Positions 40,121-48,751 of a DNA stretch of 64,000 nucleotides are shown here, one piece after another; position 1 is the stretch's first letter; every line of letters starts with the position of its first letter. The notes under the pieces were generated by a model. That model had not been told where the DNA came from. It saw only the letters and a program-made list of their open reading frames with translations, and did no database searches. The translations under genes were made by a program, and so were the position numbers. Origin of the DNA: an uncultured Trueperaceae bacterium (GTDB lineage: Bacteria > Deinococcota > Deinococci > Deinococcales > Trueperaceae); assembly GCA_963727505.1 (NCBI GenBank), contig CAVSGP010000008.1, positions 1 to 64,000 of the forward strand. The letters run 5' to 3'.

Positions 40121-41722
40121 TCAGACCTGCGGGCCGGCCCGGACGACCTCCTCGGAAACCTGGTCCCCGAACTGGCGGAAGTTGTCGCGGAACATCCCCG
40201 CCAGCTTGCGTGCCTGCTGGGCGTAGGCGTCCTTGTCGGGCCAGGTGCCGCTGGGCATGAGCACGTCCGAGGTCACGCCGGGAACGCTCCTGGGCACCGC
40301 AAGGCCGAAGAGCGGCTCCTCGTCGAACTCGGCGTGGTCGAGCCGCGAGCTCACCGCCGCCTCGACCATGGCGCGCGTGTAGCTGATCGGCATGCGATGC
40401 CCCTGGCCGTACGCCCCGCCCGTCCAACCGGTGTTGACCAGCCATACCGACGCGCCCGCTTCGCGTACCTTCTCGGCCAGGAGCTCGGCGTACACGACGG
40501 CAGGTCGGGGCATGAAAGGCCCCCCGAAGCAGATCGAGAACGTCGCCTGGGGCTCGTCCACCCCGCGCTCCGTGCCGGCCAGTTTGGCGGTGTAGCCCGA
40601 GAGGAAGTAGTACATCGCCTGCTCCGGAGTGAGTCGGGAGATCGGCGGCAGCACCCCGAAGGCATCGGCCGACAGGAACACGACGTGGGTGGGATGCCCT
40701 CCGAAGCCGACGCGACTGGCGCTCGGGATGTGGGAGATGGGGTAGGCCGCGCGCGTGTTCTCCGTCTTGCTGGTGTCGTCGAGGTTGACCTTGCGGGTGT
40801 CCGGATCGACGATGACGTTCTCCAGGATGGTGCCGAAGCGCCTCGTGGTCTGGTAGATCTCCGGCTCGGCTTCCGACGACAGGTGTTCGATCTTCGCGTA
40901 GCAGCCGCCCTCGAAGTTGAACACGCCCTGGTCCGACCAGCCGTGCTCGTCGTCGCCGATGAGGGTGCGGTCGCTGGTCGAGGAGAGGGTCGTCTTCCCG
41001 GTGCCCGAGAGCCCGAAGAACAGGGCCACCTCGTTGTCAGGACCGACGTTGGCCGAGCAGTGCATGGGCAGCACGCCGCGCGCCGGCAACTCGAAGTTCA
41101 TCATCGAGAAGGCCGCCTTCTTCATCTCGCCGGCGTACTCGGTGGAGCCGACGATCACCAGCTTCTCGCTTAGGTTCATGGCGATGACCGTCTCGTTGCG
41201 CGTGCCCATGGTCGCCGGGTCGGCGCGCAGGCTTGGCAGGTCGAGGATGGTGTAGACCGGCTCGAAGCGCTCGCGTGCCCGCAGGGTGGGGCGCACGAAC
41301 AGGTTGCGGATGAACAGGCTGTGCCAGGCGTACTCGGTGATGACGCGCACCGGTACGCGGAAGTCGGGGTGGGCGCCCACGAAGACGTCGGCGACGAAGA
41401 GCTCGAGCCCGCGGGTGGTGTCGAGCGCAGCGCTGCGCAGGGCCTCGAACTGCTCGGGCTCCATCGGCTGGTTGATCGGCCCCCACGCCACCGTGTCCGC
41501 GGTGGTGGCGTCGCGCACGATGTACTTGTCCTTCGGCGAGCGGCCCGTGTAGCGCCCGGTATCCACCACCAGCGGCCCCATGTGGGCCAGTTGCGCCTCG
41601 CCACGGTTCAGGGCCGCGGTGTAGAGCTCCGGGGTGCCGAGGTTCCAGTGGACGACGACCGCGTCCGCGATCCCCGAGGCCGCGAACGACTCTGCCTTGA
41701 TGTTGTGACCATCATGCTTCAT
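40121..41722 (-). CDS. pckA: Phosphoenolpyruvate carboxykinase (ATP)
   Basis: TGRSPKDK, YAGEMKK, FFGLSGTGKTTLS, LIGDDEHGW, NFEGGCYAK. Confidence 0.98.
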   Translation of the reverse strand: MKHDGHNIKAESFAASGIADAVVVHWNLGTPELYTAALNRGEAQLAHMGPLVVDTGRYTGRSPKDKYIVRDATTADTVAWGPINQPMEPEQFEALRSAALDTTRGLELFVADVFVGAHPDFRVPVRVITEYAWHSLFIRNLFVRPTLRARERFEPVYTILDLPSLRADPATMGTRNETVIAMNLSEKLVIVGSTEYAGEMKKAAFSMMNFELPARGVLPMHCSANVGPDNEVALFFGLSGTGKTTLSSTSDRTLIGDDEHGWSDQGVFNFEGGCYAKIEHLSSEAEPEIYQTTRRFGTILENVIVDPDTRKVNLDDTSKTENTRAAYPISHIPSASRVGFGGHPTHVVFLSADAFGVLPPISRLTPEQAMYYFLSGYTAKLAGTERGVDEPQATFSICFGGPFMPRPAVVYAELLAEKVREAGASVWLVNTGWTGGAYGQGHRMPISYTRAMVEAAVSSRLDHAEFDEEPLFGLAVPRSVPGVTSDVLMPSGTWPDKDAYAQQARKLAGMFRDNFRQFGDQVSEEVVRAGPQV

Positions 41723-41955
41723 GCGTGTCCTCCCGCCGGGTCCGACCCGTACGCGTACGTTAGCCTTTCGCGCGGGTGGCAGGTGGCCCAACGGGAGGGA
41801 CAACGGCCGGAGGGGCGTGCGTCGACCGTCTACACGGCCTCCCAGCAGCAGGCGCAGCACGGCGGCGGGCAGCACGGTGCCGGACCCTGGTCGACGGGCT
41901 TATCGACGTCGGACGCCGACGAACCTCGTGAGCGCCGGCACTATGATGGGGCGCC

Positions 41956-42618
41956 ATGCCCCTGGACGGCCACACTCCTCACCCCCGCCCGTCGCCTGCA
42001 CGGCGGACCGCCCGCCTCTTCCTGCTCAACCTGTTGGTCTTCGGCGGCGCGATGCTGCTGCTGTGGGGTGGTTCGAAGCTGCTCCACCACCCCAGGGGCG
42101 CCGCCGCCAACGTTCCCATGCCGGCCGGCATGGTGGTCGGGCGGGCGCCGGGCCCGCTCGATTCCGGCGACTACCGTCTGTGGCTCCAAGGCGCGCGCTG
42201 GGTCCGCCAGGACAGCCTGCCCGGGAACGTCCGCCTCAGCTTCCGGGCGCGCCCCAACATGCTGGTCGACTACCTGGTGGTGCACGTGACCGTGGGGGAC
42301 CGCGGCGGCGCGACGCTGCCGTTGAGCTACCAGGGTGTCGAGCAGGACGTGCGCTTCGTGCTCGGGTCGAACGACCCCGACTCGCGCTACGTCGAACCGG
42401 TGCCGCCGGCCGACGCGGCGACCATCAGCGGCGACGCGCCGCTCGCAAGCGGCGCGCTGGCGCCCGGCGAGCGCCGCAGCGGGGTGCTGGTGTACGCCAT
42501 CGAGCCCTTCCGGAAGGGGTTCGCGCTGCTCCTGATCCCGCGGTACGCGGCCGGCGGATCGCCCGACGCCGGCCCCATCGAGCCCGCCCTCGAGATGCGT
42601 TTCGCGCCCGGGCGCTGA
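41956..42618 (+). CDS. Membrane-anchored hypothetical protein (possible DUF4352-like Ig fold)
   Basis: Single N-terminal TM helix; LAPGERRSGVLVY motif; TATGAT box 8 nt before the ATG. Confidence 0.65.
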   Translation: MPLDGHTPHPRPSPARRTARLFLLNLLVFGGAMLLLWGGSKLLHHPRGAAANVPMPAGMVVGRAPGPLDSGDYRLWLQGARWVRQDSLPGNVRLSFRARPNMLVDYLVVHVTVGDRGGATLPLSYQGVEQDVRFVLGSNDPDSRYVEPVPPADAATISGDAPLASGALAPGERRSGVLVYAIEPFRKGFALLLIPRYAAGGSPDAGPIEPALEMRFAPGR

Positions 42619-42684
42619 AGATACTCACCGTTTCGGGCGCCCGACGCGCCCGGGAGTAGGGCAGCCGGGGCCCGCCGCCGACGG

Positions 42685-43716
42685 CTAGCGGGTGCGGGTG
42701 ACCTTGCGCAGGTGGCGGGGCGCGTCCGGATCGATCCCGCGCGAGCGCGCCAGGCGTTCGGCGAGGAGCTGGCCGGCCACGACCAGCACGAAGCTCGCCG
42801 TGACCTCGTGCAGCCCTTCGGGCAGCGCCGCCGACGCGGATGCGAGGCGCAACAGCGAGGGTGCGCCCGCCAGCACCGTCAGGTCGGCGCCGACCTCGCG
42901 CAGCCGCGAGGCGACCGCCTCGTTTCCACTCAGGCTGGCGTCCTCGGTCGCCAGCAGCAGCAGCGGGTCGCCGGCGTCCACCACCGCGATGGGGCCATGC
43001 TGGAACTCGGCGCTGGAGTACGCCTGGGCGTCGATGTAGGCCGTCTCCTTGAGCTTGAGGGCGGTCTCCAGCGCGGCCGCGAACGACAGGCCGCGCCCCA
43101 GCACGTAGAGCCCATCGGCGTGCGTCAGTCGCAGCGCCGCCCGCTCCAAGGCGTCCACGTCGGCCAGCAGGGTCTCCAGCGCGGGCGGGACGGCGTCGAG
43201 CGCAGCGCGCAGATCGTCGTCGGCCGCCCACTCCGCCACCAGTCGCGCCAGCACCATCATCTGGCTGGTGAAGGTCTTGCTCGCCGCCACCGCCTGTTCC
43301 TCGCCGGCGTGCTGTGCCAGCGCGTGGTCGGCCTGCGTCGCCAGATGGCTGCCCGGCTGGTTGGTCACGGCCAGCGTGAGCGCGCCGGCCTCCTGCAGCG
43401 CGGCCAGACCTTCCACCACGTCGGTGCTCTCGCCGGACTGGCTGACGCCGATGCCGAGCGCGCCCTCGAGCCGCAGGCGGGCGCCGTAGAGGGTGAGCAG
43501 CGAGGGCGGCACGCTCGCCACCGGCAACCCCAGGCTGCGGCCCGCCAGATAGGCGAAGAAGGTGACGGCGTTGTCCGACGAGCCACGCGCCAGCGTGGCG
43601 ACCAGCGGCACGTCGCGGCCGCGCAGCTCGCCCGCCAGCTCGGCAACGGACGGGTCCTGCAGGATGCGCGCCAGGACGGCGGGTTGCTCGGCGATCTCGC
43701 GTTCGAAGTGACTCAC
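42685..43716 (-). CDS. SIS-domain glucosamine-6-phosphate deaminase (NagB-II type)
   Basis: EIAEQP, ARGSSDNA, SQSGES, AVAASKTF, ALKLKET, EFQHGP, HLRKVTRT; no glutaminase domain. Confidence 0.88.
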   Translation of the reverse strand: MSHFEREIAEQPAVLARILQDPSVAELAGELRGRDVPLVATLARGSSDNAVTFFAYLAGRSLGLPVASVPPSLLTLYGARLRLEGALGIGVSQSGESTDVVEGLAALQEAGALTLAVTNQPGSHLATQADHALAQHAGEEQAVAASKTFTSQMMVLARLVAEWAADDDLRAALDAVPPALETLLADVDALERAALRLTHADGLYVLGRGLSFAAALETALKLKETAYIDAQAYSSAEFQHGPIAVVDAGDPLLLLATEDASLSGNEAVASRLREVGADLTVLAGAPSLLRLASASAALPEGLHEVTASFVLVVAGQLLAERLARSRGIDPDAPRHLRKVTRTR

Positions 43717-44600
43717 GGGTCCTCCCGTCGATCGTCCAGTGCGTCGCGCACGCGGTCGCGGTGGCGCGCGAGAAGTGTGCGGGCCACCTCCGGGTCGACG
43801 CCCGCCTCCAGCATCACGATGGCCTCGCGGATCCCCCAGGCGGCGGCGGCCAGGGAACGTTCGGCAGCCTCGCGCGGCGCGCCGGTGGCCGCGCACACCA
43901 CCTCCACCGCCCTTCGCCGGAGCTTGGCGTTGGTGGGGCGCATGCCGACCATCAGGTTCCGGTAGGCGCCGCCCGAGCGCACGAGCACGGCCGTGGACAG
44001 CGCGTTGAGGGCGATCTTCTGCGCCGTGCCTGCCGCCAGCCGGGTGGAGCCGGCCAGCACCTCCGGTCCGGTATCCAGCAGGACGCCGACCTCGGCCGCG
44101 GCGAGCAGCGGTGTGCCGGCGTTGTTGGCGATGCCGACGGTGAACGCGCCGCGTTCGCGGGCGGCGTGGATCACGCTGAGGGTGTAGGGCGTGCGGCCGC
44201 TGGCCGCGATGCCGAGGACCGCGTCGTCCGGCCCCAGGCCGGCGCCCGCGACGTCGCGGGCGGCCGCGTCCGTGTCGTCCTCGGCGTTCTCGACGGCCAC
44301 GGCGCCGGCGCTGCCGCCGCCGGCCATGAGCACCACGGTGCGCTCGAAGCCGAAGGTGGGCGGCAACTCCGCGGCGTCCTGCAGGGCGATGCGGCCCGAG
44401 GTTCCGGCGCCCGCGTACACGAGCCGACCGCCACGCGACAGGCGCGCCTCGACGCCGATCGCCGCCCGCTCCAGCGCGTCGCGTGCGTTCCACGCGGCAT
44501 CGACCGCGCGCTGGCCGCCATCGACGACGGCATCGACGATGCGGCCGAGGGACCAGACGTCGAGGTCCCGGTAGTTGGGGTCGCGGCCCTCCGTGGTCAT
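43713..44600 (-). CDS. murQ: N-acetylmuramic acid 6-phosphate etherase
   Basis: GAGTSGR..DAAELPPTFG, AVENAED, AASGRTPY, GPEVLAGSTRLAAGTAQK. Confidence 0.95.
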   Translation of the reverse strand: MTTEGRDPNYRDLDVWSLGRIVDAVVDGGQRAVDAAWNARDALERAAIGVEARLSRGGRLVYAGAGTSGRIALQDAAELPPTFGFERTVVLMAGGGSAGAVAVENAEDDTDAAARDVAGAGLGPDDAVLGIAASGRTPYTLSVIHAARERGAFTVGIANNAGTPLLAAAEVGVLLDTGPEVLAGSTRLAAGTAQKIALNALSTAVLVRSGGAYRNLMVGMRPTNAKLRRRAVEVVCAATGAPREAAERSLAAAAWGIREAIVMLEAGVDPEVARTLLARHRDRVRDALDDRREDP

Positions 44601-45346
44601 GGCTCGCCCGCCCGCAGGTGCAGCACCATGCGGTACATGTCGCCACGATACGCACTGCGCACGAACTCGAAGGGCCGGCCGTTGCCGTCGTACGTGGTGC
44701 GCTCGAGCTCGAGCACCGGGACGTCGCGGCCGATCTGCAGCAACCGGCACTCCTTGGCCGTCGGAAGGCGCGCGCCTACGGCCTGCCGCGCTCGTGCCGG
44801 ACGGATCCCGAACTGCGCTTCCAGGCAGCGGTAGAGGCTGCCGGTGCGCTCCAGCTCCTCGAGCGACAGCGCCGCGACATGCGGGGCCAGGTTCGCCGCC
44901 TGCAGGGCGAGCGGTGCGTCGTCGGCGCCGCGAAGGCGCTCGATGCGGAGCAGCGGTGCGCCCGCCGGCACGAGCAGGGCGGCGGCGGCGTCACGGTCGG
45001 CGGGGACCTCGGAGGACGCGAGCAGACGTGCGGTGGGATGGAACCCGAGGCCGCGGGCCTCGTCGGTGAAGCCCAGCACGCGATCGAGCACCTGTTCCAG
45101 GGGGTGGCCCCGGACGTACGTGCCCGAACCCTGGCGCTGCTCCACCAGGTCTCGGCGCTCGAGTTCCTCGAACGCGCGGCGCACGGTCATGCGCGACAGC
45201 CCGAGTTGCTGCGCCAGCTCGCGTTCGCTGGGCAGCGCCTGCCCGGGGCTGAGCGAGCCGTCCTCGATGGCCTGCTCCAGCGCCTGGCGGAGCTGCAGGT
45301 ACGCCGGCGTCGGCAGGGCCTTGTCGATGGCGGGCGCGAACGTCAT
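44597..45346 (-). CDS. GntR/HutC (UTRA) family regulator, NagR-like
   Basis: LPSERELA..SRMTVRRA..QGSGTYV; C-terminal UTRA (YRGDMY); alternative GTG start at 45364. Confidence 0.92.
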   Translation of the reverse strand: MTFAPAIDKALPTPAYLQLRQALEQAIEDGSLSPGQALPSERELAQQLGLSRMTVRRAFEELERRDLVEQRQGSGTYVRGHPLEQVLDRVLGFTDEARGLGFHPTARLLASSEVPADRDAAAALLVPAGAPLLRIERLRGADDAPLALQAANLAPHVAALSLEELERTGSLYRCLEAQFGIRPARARQAVGARLPTAKECRLLQIGRDVPVLELERTTYDGNGRPFEFVRSAYRGDMYRMVLHLRAGEP

Positions 45347-45591
45347 GGGACGCTCGGCCGCCACGGGGCTACGACCGTGACCATGCCACTATTGTACCAA
45401 TCCGCGCCGGGCCTCTATACTTGACTCGTCCAACGAGGGTGCCGCGCGAGGTGCAAGCGGCCAAGCCGCCGGAGTCGGCCGGGCGACGTCCGCTCCTCCC
45501 GAACGAACCGGCGGCGTGCTGTCCCCGACGGCGCCCTCGAGCGCTCTCCCGACCGCGATGCCGGCGGGGGAGGATCGATCGGAGGAAAGGT

Positions 45592-46824
45592 ATGAAGAGG
45601 ATCGGTGGCATGCGTCTCCTGGCCGTTCTGCTCGGCCTGGTCCTGCTTGGCAGCGCGGCAGCGCAATCGCTGTCGTTCTGGAGCTGGCGTACGGAGGACG
45701 TCGACGCCTACAACAGCTTCATCGCCGCGTTCCAGAAGGATCACCCCAACATCGACGTCACGTTCACGCCCTACAAGAACACCGAATACAACACCATCCT
45801 GTCGACCGCCATGCAAGGCGGCGGCGGCCCGGACATCGCCCACCTGCGCGCCTACGGCGGCATAGAACCACTGGCGGAGGCCGGCTTGCTGGTTCCCCTG
45901 GGCGACAAGGTGCCGGCGCTCGCCAACTTCGACCCCAACGTGCTCAAGGCCGCCACCGACCGCGCCGACGGCAAGGTCTACGGGGTGCCATTCGCGCTCC
46001 AGACCATCCAGGTCCTGTACAACAAGGACGTCTTCGCCAAGCTCGGCCTCAGCGAACCCAAGACCTGGCAGGAGTTCCTCGACGTCGCGCAGAAGATCAA
46101 GGCGTCCGGGATCGACGCGCTCGCCAACGGCACCAAGGACCCATGGACGGTCGAGACGCTGTTCGGCGGCGTGGCCCCGGCGTTCTACGGCTGCAACGCC
46201 TTCTACGACAAGATGGCGGCCGGCACGTCCACCTTCGAGGACCCCGCCTTCAAGGGCGCGCTACAGCGCATGGTCGACCTCGAGCCCTACCTGGCGAGCA
46301 ACTACCAGGGCGTGGCCTACTCCGACATGCAGTCGCTGTTCGCCTACGGCCAGGCCGGCATGCTCATCGGCGGCAGCTACGAGCTCGGCACGCTCGCCCA
46401 GCTCGCTCCCGACTTCAACGTCGGCTCGTTCCTGATCCCCAACGATCAGGGCCAGACCTGCGAGACCTTCTACGTCGACGGCTCGTACGGCATCAACACG
46501 GCCAGCAAGCACCAGGACGCCGACGTGCAGTTCATCAACTTCCTGGCGAGCAAGGCGTACGGTCAGATGTTCACCGACACCCTGAAGCAGATCTCGGCGG
46601 TACCCGGTGTCCTCCCGACCGATCCGGTACTGGCGCAGATGGCCGACCGGATGCACAGCGAAGGCACGCCCTACCTGATGCTCACGCTCTTCCGCTACGG
46701 TCAGCCCTCGGGCTCGACGCTGTTGCAAAACGAGATGCAGGCCGTGCTGGCCGGTAGCGAGACCGTCGACCAGGCGGCCGCCAACATCCAGCGCGGGGTG
46801 GCGACCTGGTACACCTTCCAATAG
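45592..46824 (+). CDS. Sugar ABC substrate-binding protein (candidate amino-sugar/disaccharide binder)
   Basis: RBS; signal peptide; GGGPDI, YGVPFA, YNKDVF, PKTWQEF. Confidence 0.9.
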   Translation: MKRIGGMRLLAVLLGLVLLGSAAAQSLSFWSWRTEDVDAYNSFIAAFQKDHPNIDVTFTPYKNTEYNTILSTAMQGGGGPDIAHLRAYGGIEPLAEAGLLVPLGDKVPALANFDPNVLKAATDRADGKVYGVPFALQTIQVLYNKDVFAKLGLSEPKTWQEFLDVAQKIKASGIDALANGTKDPWTVETLFGGVAPAFYGCNAFYDKMAAGTSTFEDPAFKGALQRMVDLEPYLASNYQGVAYSDMQSLFAYGQAGMLIGGSYELGTLAQLAPDFNVGSFLIPNDQGQTCETFYVDGSYGINTASKHQDADVQFINFLASKAYGQMFTDTLKQISAVPGVLPTDPVLAQMADRMHSEGTPYLMLTLFRYGQPSGSTLLQNEMQAVLAGSETVDQAAANIQRGVATWYTFQ

Positions 46825-46857
46825 CCCGGGTGGACGCGCGCATCGTGTCCCCCGCGT

Positions 46858-46887
46858 GGTGGGGTCGGGCTTCGGCCCGACCCCACC
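46858..46887 (+). terminator. cUUCGg tetraloop hairpin after the binding-protein gene
   Basis: ggtggggtcgggc-ttcg-gcccgaccccacc. Confidence 0.7.
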
Positions 46888-46951
46888 CTCCTGATGGAGC
46901 AGCCGTGCCGGCAGGCCCGCTCCGGCCCGCCCGGGCGACGGGCGCTGCCCG

Positions 46952-47881
46952 ATGACGGGCGCGCGGGTGTGGTTCCGTCGCCACGGTCACCTGGTGGTGT
47001 TCCTGGCGCCGGGGTTGCTCCTCTACGGGCTGTTCATGGCCTACCCGCTGCTCACGTCGCTGTCGTACAGCCTGTCGGACTGGCACGGCCTGCTGCGCGG
47101 CGCCTTCTCGGGCTTCGCCAACTTCACCAAGGTCCTGACGCAGTGGCCGTACAACGTGCGCTTCTGGGGCGCGTTGAGTCACAACGCCCTGTTCTTCTTG
47201 TTGACCTTCCTGATCCAGTCCACCCTGGGGCTGTTCCTGGCCGTGCTGCTGAGCCGCAAGTGGCGCGGCTTCGCCTTCTTCCAGGCGGCATATTTTCTTC
47301 CCTACACGATGTCGATGGTGGTCGTGGGCTTCCTCTGGCTGCTGCTGCTCAACCCCACCTGGGGCCCCGTGGCACACGGCCTCAGGCTGGTGGGCCTGGG
47401 CGAGTGGGTGCAGCCGTGGTTGGGGCAACGCGGCACGGCCCTCGTCACCGTGATCCTGGTCAACTCCTGGCACTGGCTGGGCTTCCCGGTGCTGGTCTTC
47501 ATGGCCGCCATCCAGGGCATCCCGCGCGAGTTCTACGAGGCCGGACTGGTGGACGGCGCCAACGACTGGCAGGGCTTCCGCTTCATCACCTTGCCGTTGT
47601 TGCTCCCCAGCCTCGCCATGATGTCGATCCTCACCTTCATCTGGGACTTCAACGCCTTCGAGCTCGTGTTCGTCATGCAGGGTGCGTCGGGGTCGCCGAA
47701 CTACGCCACCGACCTGCTGGCGACCCTCTTCTACCGGACCGCCTTCGGGGACCCCACCACCGGCGGCGAGCCCGGGCAGATCGGCCTGGCCTCGGCCATC
47801 GGCGTGCTGATGCTGATCATCATCGGTGCCGCCTCGGCCTTCGGCGTGCGCTTCACCCAGCGCAGCCAGACGGAGTATTGA
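46952..47881 (+). CDS. Sugar ABC permease
   Basis: IPREFYEAGLVDGA EAA loop; ITLPLL. Confidence 0.92.
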   Translation: MTGARVWFRRHGHLVVFLAPGLLLYGLFMAYPLLTSLSYSLSDWHGLLRGAFSGFANFTKVLTQWPYNVRFWGALSHNALFFLLTFLIQSTLGLFLAVLLSRKWRGFAFFQAAYFLPYTMSMVVVGFLWLLLLNPTWGPVAHGLRLVGLGEWVQPWLGQRGTALVTVILVNSWHWLGFPVLVFMAAIQGIPREFYEAGLVDGANDWQGFRFITLPLLLPSLAMMSILTFIWDFNAFELVFVMQGASGSPNYATDLLATLFYRTAFGDPTTGGEPGQIGLASAIGVLMLIIIGAASAFGVRFTQRSQTEY

Positions 47882-47882
47882 C

Positions 47883-48746
47883 ATGCTTCCCCGCGCCCCT
47901 ACGGCCCGGTCGCGCCCGCCAACAGCGCGCGTGCTCTCCCGCCTGCTGATCTACCTGGTGCTCGTGCTGCTGGCGCTGGGCTTCCTCTACCCCATCGCGC
48001 TGATGGTGCTCGACGCCTTCAAGACGACACCCGAGATCTTCCGGAGCCCCTTCGGGCTGCCGTCGCACGTGGGCCTGGAGACCTTCCGCGAGGTCTGGCG
48101 CCGTGCCCACTTCGGCCTCTACCTGCGCAACAGCGTCCTGGTGACCGGAGGCTCGCTGGCGGTGCTGCTGGCCTGCGCGGCGCCCGCCGCCTACGCCATC
48201 GCCCGCTACCGCTTCCCGGTGCGGGGCCTGATCTTCCTGTTCTTCCTTGCCGGAATCATGGTACCGATCCGGCTCGGCATCCTCCCGCTCTATCTGCTGA
48301 TGAAGCACCTGAGTCTGCTCGACACGCCGTTCTCGCTGATCCTCACGTACGCCGCGAGCGGCATGCCGATGTCGGTGTTCCTGCTGAGCACCTTCTTCCG
48401 AACGCTCCCCAGCGATCTGGAGGACGCCGCGCGCATCGACGGCTGCAGCGAGTACCGCACTTTCTGGAGCATCATGCTGCCGCTGGTGCGCCCCGCCGTC
48501 GCCACCGTGACGATCGTCAACGTCGTGCCCTGGTGGAACGACTTCTTCTTCCCGCTGCTGTTCCTGCAGAGCAACACCTGGAAGACGGTGCCGCTGGGCA
48601 TGCAGATCTTCTTCGGTCAGCACCTGACGAACTGGAGCCTGGTGTTCGCCGGCATGCTGATGTCCAGCCTTCCCCTGCTTGTCGTCTACCTCCTGATGTC
48701 GCGGCAGTTCATCTCCGGCCTGACGTCGGGCGCGCTGAAGGGCTGA
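47883..48746 (+). CDS. Sugar ABC permease
   Basis: LEDAARIDGC, WNDFFFPL, GLTSGALKG. Confidence 0.92.
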   Translation: MLPRAPTARSRPPTARVLSRLLIYLVLVLLALGFLYPIALMVLDAFKTTPEIFRSPFGLPSHVGLETFREVWRRAHFGLYLRNSVLVTGGSLAVLLACAAPAAYAIARYRFPVRGLIFLFFLAGIMVPIRLGILPLYLLMKHLSLLDTPFSLILTYAASGMPMSVFLLSTFFRTLPSDLEDAARIDGCSEYRTFWSIMLPLVRPAVATVTIVNVVPWWNDFFFPLLFLQSNTWKTVPLGMQIFFGQHLTNWSLVFAGMLMSSLPLLVVYLLMSRQFISGLTSGALKG

Positions 48747-48751
48747 GCTCC

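Noticed and set aside
43717..44655. 656-aa SIS protein or a murQ-SIS fusion
   Set aside because: The extension is an Arg-rich alternative frame of murQ; the real start is GGAGG-GTG at 43716
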